Shown here one piece after another: positions 37,187 through 49,750 of a stretch of DNA of 64,000 nt; position 1 is the stretch's first letter; each line of letters begins with the position of its first letter. The DNA lies in contig CM114271.1 of assembly GCA_050084515.1 (NCBI GenBank), forward strand, positions 22,816,001-22,880,000, in the 5' to 3' direction. The position numbers were made by a program, and so were the translations under genes. Origin of the DNA: Blasia pusilla (lineage: Eukaryota). The notes under the pieces are model-generated. The model had not been told where the DNA came from, made no database searches, and saw nothing but the letters and a program-made list of their open reading frames with translations.

Positions 37187-40100
37187 GAACCGTGATGACA
37201 TAATTCGTCTCAGTTTCCATTTTCAAATAAAAAAGGACTTTTCATTAACTCACTTGTGGGAAGAATAAGAATGACGCGAGTGAAGAAAGGAGGAAAAAAT
37301 ATATATCTCAAAAGAGAAAAAAAATTGTTTTGACTGTTCCGTGTTATTACCGAATATCGGTACCGTGTGATCACGCCGATGTATACGGGAACTAGCCCTG
37401 TTATATTCAGGGGTGTCAAATGCCCCCTAGAAGTCACCCGGTTTAGGGGAAAATAATGGACTAATGGCTTTTGCTAATGGTTTAAGCTAAGGAGGAATTG
37501 TGAAATACGGTGGAAAGAAATGTGGAGGAAATACTAAAAGAAGAGGAGAAGATGTAAGAGAAGTCATCGATTTAGAAACACTAGTTAGGACACCCGGTTT
37601 CTAAAAGAAATTTATCAAAAACTTGTTTTATATGATAGATGTAGATGGCACATGTCATCCATTCCTGAACTTAAAAAGACATATGGTGAACGCTCAAGTT
37701 GTCGCCATTTGAGAGACGCTCCTCAAATAATAGCATAGATTATGAAGAAATTTTATTTCATAGAAGTTATGGCATCGAACACATGATTGGGAAAAAAAAT
37801 TAGAGAAATTTAAGAGATGAAAGGTGATAAACGGCTCATTTGAAGATAGGTGGAAATATTCAAAAAAATAGAAAATGACGGGGAAGTTTAAGTGAAGTTT
37901 ATGCCAAACCCAACTCCAATAAAGTATTAAATTTGTGAAGGTCCTTGACATATTCAAAGTTTAATATGAACTTATGCAAAAACTCTCATGGATTTTAAAT
38001 ATTCTGTGGGAAGCATCATCTTTTTTTTCGAATTATGGTGGATGAGAAAGCACTTTTCAAAACATTTTATTTCCATCAATCAAAGACTATAGTTATTTAG
38101 AAGTAAATTATTAGAATTATCATGATGAAAATTATGTGCCATTTTCTCACTGTGTTCTGTTCTATTCTCATGCACTTCAATGATTTTCTTAGAACCTGGA
38201 AAATACAAATGTAGTAACATGGAAGCAAGAAATGAATGGTGAAAAGGAGGCAAAAGGATATTCTTGCATGTCCTCGTAAATTCCTGAACCTAAGAAAGAC
38301 ATCAAAATTTCCAAACTCTAAAAAACATATTGGATAAAAGATGACATAAAGGTTATAGATCCTTCCTATGCACATGTCCATGGCCACCTCCATAGAATTC
38401 AAAGCAACAAAAGGACAAGAAACAAAAGCTCTATCTAGGCCATAAAAAGAAAGACACAAGACTAGGAAGAAGTGGGTGATAAGAGGGAGAAAAAATTTAA
38501 AGGAGGAATTTAAAGATGAAATTTTATAAGCACTAGAAGAAGAAGAAAACTTGTGTCTCACCTATTAACAAAAGAGGCTCACAAAATCCACGATGGACTT
38601 GAAAAAAATCTTCATGAATGAGAAAATAGGAATGCATAAGAGAGACATGTGACGATCGTGAGGGTGGTCGAGTAACGACTACTTGCAACCCCAATGGGCT
38701 CTGCCACCCCACAGATCGACCCCCAAAAAAATAGAAGATTAGAAAAAGGAGATGAAACCATCAAAGAATTAAATTTTAAAAAAATACTAAATGACATAAG
38801 CAAACAAAATAGCCCAAAGAAAAACTCTCGATTTCAGAATCACCAAATAGAGCATTAAGCTCCCTGCCAAAGCCTATTAATCCCATCATGTGATGCACGT
38901 CCAATTAACAACAATTAATTTCCAAGAATGCTCTCTAAATATCATACAACCCTCCCCTCACTATTATCAAACCGGCTTAAACAAAAGTCGAAAGAAAAAA
39001 CAACCTCCACTTAACCTCAATCCCATCCATCAACTGGAGTAAAACTCCATCCATGCCTCCCCCCAATAGTCCACATGACATCTTCACGAATATTATTACT
39101 TTTATTCCAACCTCCTGCTACGCGTCTTTTAGATGGAGCCCGATCGAGTATTAGGGCAGACAGGGGGGAGGTGATTTTCCACATGAGCCCGGCCCACCCC
39201 AAGTCATAGGTTGGTAGGGTGTCATCATAGGACAATGGGGCATGTCATCATGGGGTGGTAATCGAGCACCGAATGGGTTTCTTTTCTTTTCTTTTCGGCT
39301 CTCTTTTTTTCGTTTTAAGGGCGTTTCTTAATAGGATGAGACCTCCTCTCTAAACCTAGAGCGTCGTGAATAATGACGAGATTAATTAAACCTGGTGTTT
39401 TGGACCTTGCTTTGGATCTTTTACCACTGGATACTCGTCGTACTTCCACGTGAACTCGTTGCATTTGGAATTTGCATCGTGAATGAGGAGACTAGACTTG
39501 CTGTTTTGGATTTTTTCTACTTTGGACTTGTTTAAAGCATGAATAATGAAATGACACTGCTTGCAGTTGGACTTGTTTCCTAAGGGCATAGTGAAATGAA
39601 ATTAATGCATTTTGGTTTATATGTTGGACTTGTTTTCAGCAAGTGGTGGGAGGGCTTTTCGTCCTTGCTTTTAGTGACTATGGGTGTGAAGTGTTTATGT
39701 GGTTTGGATTTTATTTTGGACTTGCTAATTGGCGTATGGTGGAAGTGCTTACCATCTTCCTTCTTTGCTGATAATTGTGTGTGTGTGTGTGTGTTTTTGT
39801 ACAAACTCAGAAAATATTCTTCTTCTCGGGTAGCTTTAGGAATATGCGAGGCATGAAAATTCAGATGTAATGAGACTTCATTTCTATATCTATTTCATTT
39901 TTATTTATAATTCTGCCTTATTGTTTTTATTTTTATATAACAAAGCTCACTTCAAAAAATTCAGATTTTTGTGTTAATTTTTGTTCAAGATGATTTCTTC
40001 AAGAGGGGATTGAAAGGAGGAAGGTATACCTTAGGGCAATTCTTTGAGAAGCTATTTTTTTTTAATGGAAGCCTACAAAGGCAACTTGTGGAAAACTTAT

Positions 40101-43100
40101 GTTCGTCATAAATTCATGTAAGATATAGGTAGGTTTGGTTCAAGAGAGTGAGAAATTAAGAAACTAAAGATAACATGACTCTTCTTAGATAAATGTAGAC
40201 AAGTTTTTATTTTCTTTAAACATCTCATCTCAATACTATTGTAGGTAGTCAAAGGGAGGTTTATCCTTGTGAGAGAAGAGTTGGGAGCTCATTGTTCAAC
40301 ATATCGGAATGAAGGTTTTGCCCCCTATATAACCCAACTCTCTTCACATTGAGAGAGTATTTGGCTTGTCGTAAACCTACAAGATAGCTTATCACATGGT
40401 TTCTTTGCAAATTTACAATGAGAGGATGGTACATGATCACCTATGTGTATGATTTCCATATTTGAGTGTGGTTTCCATGATGGAACGACAACGGTATGTT
40501 TGCACATGGGAGCAAGTATCATTCCTACTATACATGATGGGACAACCATTAATGTATCTTCAAAAGGATAGTCTGGATCCCAGAGCATGCTTGTGGTTTC
40601 CATTTTTTGTTATCTAAGCTAGAATAATATATGTTGTATACATACGTGTATGCTTAAAATAACATAAATCAGCAATCGAATTCTAGAAAAAAAAAATGAA
40701 GTTTAAATGCCTCATATATGACACATTTTCATGGATACCACCACCACTAAAACTTGATTCAAGAAATTAGGTGGCTAAAATTAATTTTAGCCTCCCAATT
40801 TCCCATTACAACCAAATTCATGTTGTAGAAACATTTTTTAAATATTATGTGTGGGATTTATTTTAATGATATAAACTTAATATTACAACATCTACATTTG
40901 GAAAGACGGATCAAATCAACTTACATTCTACTATGGAAACGACCATAACCTTAAACAAGATACCTCACAATATACCTCTTTTGGGCTTTGTGGTAAGCTA
41001 AATTATAAGGATGACTCTTCACAAGCTTTGAGTTGGACTATTAGAGCTACTCTACAAATATCGATCCAAGGAAAAAAATAAGATTCATGTCAAGTCCTAA
41101 ACATCCCTCCCCTTATCATCATAATTTCTTTACTACTTCATTCCAAGCCAATTAAAACTCGTCCACTCTCGCATTTGGCATTGAAAAGTCATCCAAAGAT
41201 AATATTAATCTATGAGAAGTGTTATAGGAATCTTAGGACCAACATTTTTGTATTATTATTATTATATCTTGAAAGATGAAAACTAATGTTTGAGCGCAAC
41301 ATTCTTTTCCTTTCTAGAATTATTTATAACTACTTCTTGTAGCTATTCTTTTTTCTATATTCCATTATTGAAATTACTTGTCCATTTTTCAGCTCGTGTT
41401 TCTTTGCCAAACTTTTCTCTATTCGCTTGTTTCTTCCAAAAAAAATGTATCTAGTGCCATAGAAAAACATAATTTCCATACTCCCCAAAAAAATAAAAAC
41501 TTTTTCTTGGGTGTCTAGGGTGTATACATCCTAAACATGGAGATAAAATTATGGAAACCTATGCATAAATAGAGGCAAACACTCATGGCTTAGTATTTTT
41601 TCGCATCAATTTGGCTCGCTCAACAAATGACCACATGTCCCAAAGAATGCACACATCAATAAAAATCCAAGTGATTCGGTTATTCCCTTAGCATGTATCT
41701 TTTAGAAAAATGGTTCATTTTATTGAATTCAAATTCAACGATTGCACCCAATATATAGTGTAGATTAAACTCTACACTCTCATTTTTCCTCGTTTTTCGT
41801 GTTGATAGTTTCTTCCAAGTAATCAAGAGAGTGACTTTTCTTCATCCTACTAACTTGTGCTAGGTCATTCCCTTCTTTGATAGTACCACCTGTTTTTATC
41901 TTCTAGAAACATGTTTCTCTATTACTAATTCTCATGCCAAATTGAACAAAGTTTCTTATCCTAGCTTGTTTTTGTTTTCACCACATCAAAAGTGAAAGTA
42001 AGGGCAAGATCCCATGGGCATCACAACCAACCTTTGATCTATCTAATTTTGAACGTTTCATGCAACAATATTAGTCATGCCTACCTCTGGGTTTTCCCAT
42101 GGAAACAGCCATAGTCAAGAGCCTTATACTCGAGACACTACATGGGACCCTCCCTAAAACTAAAATAAAATATGAATGAGGATAATAAAAACAACATCCA
42201 ACTTCACATTCAAATCGTGTAGAGATTCTTAATCCACATAAAATATGGAAAATAAGCTATGGTCAAATACCCCTTGTTCCTTCATCCTAAAAAAATAATT
42301 TATCCTGATTTTTTTTATTTAGAAATAATGAAAATTCGTTTGTCAAAATCTTCCCTACCTATTTGCTATCACCACAAATCTCCCCTTTCATTTCTTACCA
42401 CAAAATTTTTTTCCATGTCCCGAAAATCCCCCCTCACATCCCATGAACAAATCAAACTCCCGAGAAGAATATGACACGTCATGTTTTGCCCTATGAACGT
42501 TAAAATAAGTTATGTGCAACATAACATAAAAAAAAAAATTAACCTTTCGATTAATTTTTGGATCATAGAAGGGTTAGTTTGAATGGGTCAAATTAGGCCA
42601 CGCGTAAGTCGGCGTGACAGTCGCCATTTCTGACCGGGAACATGTTCTCCCGGTTACCACATGGGGTTCGCCAAGTGACTCACTTACCTCCGGAACTTGG
42701 AAGCATCCAAACTCCCGTGTGTCCAAAGTCTTTTTTTTTTAATTATATTCTTTTATTCATATTATAAATTGAAATTTGCATGAATCTTTATGGAAAGAAT
42801 ATTAAGAGTACGTTTTGAAAATAAAAAGGGAACTCTCTAGAAGGAATGAGGGAATCATTCATAAAGTGATATTTTAAAATTTTTAATTTAATTTAAACTA
42901 TGGAAGAAAGCAAAACTATTTCGATTATTTGTTTTCTTTATTTTATTTTACGGGGTTTCCAAGCTCAGGAAACAGCCTGCTTTTATGGAAAGACGTAGCT
43001 TCACGTAGGCATGTCAGACGCAAGTGAAGCTATAGCGAAAATGAGCATGATCTAAGCATGGATGAATAATCCAATTTACTATTAAAGCAAACTTCAAAAG

Positions 43101-43669
43101 AAGATTATATACTATAGGTAAGTAATTAAGATATTTAAATTTTCAAATGATTAATATTTTTAATTACCACATAAACTCACCAAAAGAGGGTGATTCTTTC
43201 AATTTGGTTTCATCCATATTCCTACAAGTGGCGGATTTTTTCTATAAGTAGAAGGATATCTCAAAATTTCTTTCCCAAAGTAAAGTTGAAATTAGGATTA
43301 AAGAAAACTTGCTGATCAATACAAATGTCTCATATTATTATTTCAGTTACCCTAGAGTAATTTATATTTGGATTTTTTGTGTGATGTTATCTTATACTAA
43401 GCCAAGTCCTTTTTTTTTTTTTTTCCAGTTCTATATTAAAATTAGTTAATATTTCTTAACATTCCCAAGTCCCTCCATTGCAATTTTTTCTCATCTCCTA
43501 AAATTATTTTTAATAGATTATTTTAATCATGAAGCTTGGTTGGGAGAGAAATGTAAGAAATATTTTTTTTTTAAAAATTTTATTTAAAATTTTTGATAGA
43601 TATTCATATAAAGTGATTTCATTCTTGGATTTTTCATCGGAAAATGGATCTAAACTTTTTTTCATATTA

Positions 43670-46600
43670 ATCTCTTGAGTTAAGACTTGTTTCCAAAGAC
43701 TCTTGAATATCCGTTGAAGACTCCCGCATATTTGATGTGTGGGAGCCTTTAGTGGGTATTCTTGAAATGTCATTACTATAGCAAGGCAAGCACTTGGTAG
43801 ATTTGAAAGTCAACTCTAATACCTCCTCCAACACTTCAAAATATGGGAGCTTCCAATCGATAATTTTTTTGTTGTGTCTAGACACACATGACTCTTGCTA
43901 AAAAATGCAACATATTCCGTCTTTTTAAGTCCATGTTTGTCACTTGTGTAATTCCCTACACTAAAAATATCAACCACCCCCTCGTAATTGTGTAAATGAT
44001 CGAGCATCTGTACAAGGACCAATGACTCTCTTTGCAATATCAAGGTCCAAGGTAGGGTCATGTGTAGTGCCCTCTCTAACATGATGTCATTGAAGAATAT
44101 TTTTCTTATAGGTTCTGAACCAGGGAAATCAAGCTCATGTTGTTATAATGGGTCATGAATCCTTTTCTAGGTCATACTTACCTAACCACATCATCATGCA
44201 TAAGTTTTTCATAAGAAAAAACTTATGTGGTTGGGAGTGTCATGTGTTAGTCAAATATATCTTTGTACGAGCTTGGTATGCTCTCTCCTCGTTGTCATCA
44301 TCATTGTCCTCATTATCCATCATCCTAAACGTAAATACCACTATTGCATCGATATGAAGGCAACCTAACAACCCATACATATAGAATATGTCCTTCCCTA
44401 ACTTGTAGCCCTCTACCAAGTTTCCCTCTACTTGGGCGTGGTTTCTTATGAAGCCCTTCAATCGATACACGTATCGCTCTACAAAATACACCCATCTATA
44501 TCACAAAAAATAGGCTATGCCAAGCTCTATATCCAAATGGATGACTTTCCCTAGTCATGACTTTTCCTAGTCATGAATGAAGGTGGAAAGACCCTCTTTA
44601 AGCATGTCGGAGCCATAACCACCTCCACCTCCACCTTCATAGAAAAATATTCCTCAAGGCATGTCTTCTTATTACACACCCATCTACCAATGCATGTCAA
44701 AACAAAGTTAGAAAAGTATATTAGTTTATGATGATTGCATGAATATTTAGAATCCTCATTTCTTAGGTTCTCCAATAGAGTTAGGTGTTATCTCAAATAA
44801 GCCAACAACCCCTACATAGCCTCCCTCAGATGTGGTGATGCCATTGATATGGGTAGTAAATCATGCGTTGGTTGATGGAGGTTGTGGGTCTTTAATTCTT
44901 ACCCAAACTTATTGCGTCGTCATTTGGAAAGCCCATTGCAAGTATGCACCATATCATGTAGGTATCTGAGCCAAAGAAAGTCTTCACTCAAACCCCATGG
45001 CGTAGGTGATCTATGTACCAAACCATCTTCCTCCTCAACCAACCATACCTTTGGATGCACATCCATCTACTCCCTAGCTCATCCATAAGAATCCTTCTCT
45101 GTTTGGCCAAACAAATGGTCCATCAACAATCGCCTCACATTACCTTCAATGTTTATAGGATCCTCCATGTATTAGATCAACAAGGCCTACATGGTTTTCA
45201 AGAAAACCACAAGCTCATGTTAGAAGAAATATGAACTCATCCAAAGTATTAGATATGATCAAGATTTCCCAAGATCAAAGTACTCATACCTCAATAAGTT
45301 TTTAGTTGAAGCACAACTCTCGCTTTATTCCAAAACATGTGGGAGGTTTCTCACCCTTATACACACAATCCTCTTGCTCCAACCAATTCATATACGTCAT
45401 ATCATATGGGACGTCAATATTTTTGATCAACTCTCTTGCTAATTCCACCCTTAAGGCATGCCTACAAGGCAAATACTTGGCCACACTTGAGTCTGTGGTG
45501 GTCCTTAATCGAGTCCTTAACTCTTATCAATAGAAAGCCTCCAACCCAAGTCCACAAGCTGGACATGCTAACTTTCCTAAAACGTGCAAACATGATACGT
45601 ATCCATATCCTATGCACTCAAAATTCACAATTAGCTCATGATATGTAGAGTCCTAATGAACCAACTTGCACAATGTTATGCAAAAGCAAGGGGGCGGCTG
45701 CGGGGAAAGGGGGAGGTACTTGCATTTATAGGAGCATCATCCATACTAGTATAGCCCTAAGTCCTAAGAGCCTTGTCTCTTTAGGGCAATTGATGTTACT
45801 ATCCATGTCACAAACTCCCTCCCATTCGATGAATAACTCCTCCATAAGTAGTTTGAGATGCATGTCTAGACAATGAACCATCTTTGACTCAACAATGTGT
45901 AAAAAAAAAAACACATCATGTAAGAGCAAAGTGTTAAGTGGTTACTTAACCATTGCAAACATATCACTTGGAGATGAATGTGAGCAAGGTTGCATATGGA
46001 CAAAGTCCGTATCTGTGGACATGTCCATATCGGTGGACTTATGTCCGTCCTATAGAAGGACTTTTTCATGTGGGCCCTGTCTCCCCCTTCTTTCTCATTC
46101 CCCCGACTCGCCTTCGTGACCCGCACTTTGTAGTTTTTTCCTCCTCCCTCCTCCCACCTCCACTCCTTCCCCCCTTATTTCCATGTCCGCCCTTGCCCTG
46201 CCTTCCACCATGAACTATAAAGTATGGGCCCCACCTTTAGCAATCCATGTCCAAACTTTTTCGTTCATGTCTGTCCTAAGGACATGGTGGAGACTTTGAT
46301 CGTAAAGGTTATCGCCATATGCAACTAGGCTAGAAAGTCCACCAAGGGCATGACACCATATGTTGATTGTTGACATCCATTCCACACCATCAACTTCATC
46401 GATGAAAATACTCTATACATATGAATAATTATGGAATGATGGGAAATCGACCAACAATCTTTGGAGGCACATCTCCTTGTGTACCATCTTAGGAACGTGT
46501 TGTTCCACAATTTGGGAAAAACCCCAAGGATGACCCATGATCTTGAGGTAGGAATTGGTCTCAAGAGCATGCATGTGTAACCTCCTAGTCTTGTCCCATT

Positions 46601-46900
46601 TAGCTCAATAGCTTTGGAGAGGTTGATAAAGAGTTGGGGGAAGTATTTATCCTTTGGTAGCAATCTATCATATACCGGGCAAAACAACCCATCCATAAAC
46701 ATGTTCAAAATAGAGACATGCTCTTGTAAGTTGAGAAGATGCAAGATAGTAGCTATGCAAGTTTGTCTAAGCAACAAAGATATAATGGAACTCATGCATT
46801 CTTGTCCAAATGATCTCCATAGACGTCATCCTTCAACATCGTAGAAATGGTCATGGAGAAAATCTTCTATGCCATTATCAAGAGTTGATCGACTACATCC
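43670..46900 (-). pseudogene. Degraded CACTA (En/Spm) Tnp2-type transposase
   Basis: Minus-strand motifs appear in the expected order: LLNLQ..LLPKDKYFP (46325-46795), YLPCRHALR..GIKRELCF (45302-45484), LKTHNLH..LLP (~44890), MYFVERYVYRLKGFIRNHAQVEGNLVEGY (44240-44491, DUF4218-like), PYFEVLEEVLELTF (~43830, DUF4216-like). Many stops and frameshifts. Confidence 0.8.
45985..46329 (-). mobile_element. hAT-type MITE, family copy 2, nested in the CACTA remnant
   Basis: Reverse-complement copy of 7730-8015 and 61520-61821. Ends CAAGGTTGCATATG ... CATATGCAACTAGG form an imperfect TIR. Confidence 0.7.
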
Positions 46901-47077
46901 TCAACATACTCGTTGTCATTCTACTCCTCGTGATCAATCCCCCATCATCATTTGCACATCCTTTCTTGTGAAGAACTTGGTCAATTTTGAGGCATTCTCT
47001 CTACCTCCATCTCATCCTCTAAGGAGTTGGAGGTAGAGAGACCCATCCTCCTCCTTCGCGCCCCCCCACGCTCTCAA

Positions 47078-48165
47078 TGCTAAACTACATCCAAATACGG
47101 ACTCGCATTAGTCGGGTCTGGATCAATCACCGGTTCTAACTTACTGAGTTCTTGATTAAGCCTCTCATCAAGCTCAACCTTCCTAGTTTTGCGGTTTACA
47201 ACACGTGCAAGTCTCGAAAGACTTGCGACAAACTTTATGGTCGGTTCAGGAACCTCTAACGGCATTTCGTGCCTAGCGGTTCCAAATGTCCAATGGACAT
47301 CCAATGAGTCCCTAACCGTGACTCACACAAAATGAATCGCTGGTTGGAATCCAAGTGTGGCTTACGAAATCCACGCCCTTGGATTAGGTTTGGATTTCGA
47401 ATTCCAATGCCAAACTCTCGTTCCATCTCGTGCCCTTGAGACGCCGTTTGATGCTCAAAGTGGGGTTCGTGTTCCAAGACTCCTTGGAGAGACTCCTCTT
47501 TACTAGTAATTTTGGAGATCCCCGCCCTCCCCCTAACTTTGGAGAAAGACAGTCAGGCCCCTCAAATTGGCCCTTAACCCGATTGCTCTCATAGTTGTTT
47601 TTGGCCAATATCTCAGCATGTACTCATGCGTTTGCTAAGATTTTTGATGTGTTGGAAGCGTCTAAAGATAAGTTTTCCAAAGCGCCCTTATTTTTCCCAA
47701 ACACATCTTGGGGCTAAACGTTATGGTCCAAAACACAGTCAAAATCCCCAAACGCTAGTCGTGTTCTAAACTGATTCTCACCTCTTTGGCAACCAACCTT
47801 CCAAGACTCAACTCATATCGAGTCTTGGTTCGTGTTTGGTCCAGGTTTCTTGGTCGTGACCACAAATGCATGAAACACACAACTTTGTTCCGCGTTTTGT
47901 CTCTTGGACTTTTCCAAGAGACCTTTCGAAAAGCCTCTCCAAAGCGCGATCATCGTAGCGTGAGTCCACTAGAGTTCTGATGTTCCGCTTAGCACCTATT
48001 TGGTGTTTGTTTGGTTATGAGGGTTGCGATTGGTTGGGACTGGGCTTTAGCAATCTCATATGATCTCGGACTATACTTGATCGTGCATTGGTTTACATGA
48101 GTTTGGGACCGAGCTTTAGAATCTCATATGATCTCGGACTATACTTAATTGTGCACTGGTTGGCA
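47078..48165. mobile_element. Probable solo LTR (~1.09 kb)
   Basis: Starts TGCTAA and ends TTGGCA (TG...CA with an imperfect terminal IR), flanked by a 4-bp direct repeat TCAA (47074-47077 and 48166-48169). Non-coding, with an internal ~69-bp tandem duplication (48052/48120). No second LTR in the window. Confidence 0.55.
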
Positions 48166-49664
48166 TCAACTTGGCACATATGTCAAGAAAATAGTTGAGG
48201 GAGTGCAAGGACATGTGTTTGCATTGTAAGTACCTTGTTACTTGGTGACACATGTTAGATTCGAGGCTCGTTAAACGTAAAAAAATCTTTCTTACACTCC
48301 TCTCTTTCCTACATCGGAGAAGGAAGTGAGGGCCAAAGAGAGGCAAACCGGCTACAATTAGTGGGGAGGAAGATCCGAGGATGCAATCGCATCAATTTTG
48401 TTCATAATCTGCTATGCGATCCTTTATTTCATTCTCTAATTAATTCCAAATCTGTAGCCCCGTCTAATTCCAAATTTGCAGCTTCAAATTTGTAGACATG
48501 TCTAATTCCAAATGTGAAGCTTAAAATCCGTATTGCGGGGCTGATGCTCTTGCCATTGACATTTAGCCAACATCAAACTCAGGTAAGAAGGCGCGTGCAC
48601 TGGAATTGAGAAATATACTTTTTATGCGAGTCTAAGTTGCTTGATGTTTAGAGTGGGACATTTGATAGATGTCAATGATGGGGTGTTAGATTACGGTGCA
48701 ACTCAGAATGAAGCCCGCGGGGAAGAAAGAATGGCTATAGAGGGAGGTGAGGAAACCCATGTCGCATTGCCAAGGAGCCTCTTGCGGAATTCTGTGATTG
48801 CAATATGTGTTTCCCGTGATGTTGAGGTTGTGATGGGACCTGAAGTTGAATTGGGGAGAGAGAGAGAGAGAGAGAGAGATGAAAATGCCATTGAAGTGCA
48901 AAATAGCCTTAGTAGCATGCGGAAGTGATCGATCAAGAAGCCTGCACCATTTTCCCTGTCAAAGTTGCTCGTGAAACCCCACTTGTTGCTTGGTAAATTT
49001 ACTTGTAGCCATTGCCCTATAAATTCCTTAACCAGGCCTCATTTGCGGGCCGTTGGAGGTTCTTTCTTCATATTCCTTCGTGTGTTGTGTCTTAATTCAT
49101 TTTTTCCCTTCACAGACGCAATCTAATATGCCCATTCTTGGTCTTCTCTCTCTTTTCTATTACAATTTCTCACCAACTTCAATTGTACGCAAAAATTGCG
49201 GAACGTGAAGAAGGTGAACACATACCTGTGCATCGCACGGGCACCTTTCTAGCATAGACAATAAACAAAACAGATTTGAGGTTGTGGGAAATCTTGCATT
49301 TTCCAAACGAAACAAGGATTTGGAATGACGACATAACCTCCATTCTCCAGTTGAGAGAAAGAAAAGAAGGATCCGCATTTTCCCATTTCGAAAAAGAAAA
49401 CAGAAAAACGGCAAAGTGTGTTATTATGTCTCTACCGGCATGTCCGCGATATGCCGAACGGAACGGCAGCGCCAAGGACCCACATGGGGATGGGGACGGG
49501 GACGCCGACCTGACATGGAGGAAAAGAGAGGAGGGGGAGGGCGAAGAAAGCGAGTCCTTCTCCCCCCCCGCTCCCTGCCCGGCTGCCCGCCCGGCTGGGG
49601 GGAAGGAAAGGAAATGGAGGAGGAAAGAAGAAGCAAGCAAAGAGAGGCGAGCAGCGTCGACTAC

Positions 49665-49750
49665 GTACGTACAGTACAGTCACACAAAATTGACTGCCGG
49701 ACATGACTCCCCAACAGCCTGCCCGAAAAAGGAGTACCGACGGTATAAAG
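49665..49750 (+). promoter_or_regulatory. GTAC cluster (SBP-domain core sites) plus TATA-like box
   Basis: GTAC at 49665, 49669, 49674 and 49734; TATAAAG at 49744, near the start of a GC-rich tract that runs to the SPL ATG. Confidence 0.4.

Noticed and set aside
37400..39000. Degraded DNA-transposon coding sequence
   Set aside because: Composition suggests a decayed TE, but no diagnostic motif could be read.
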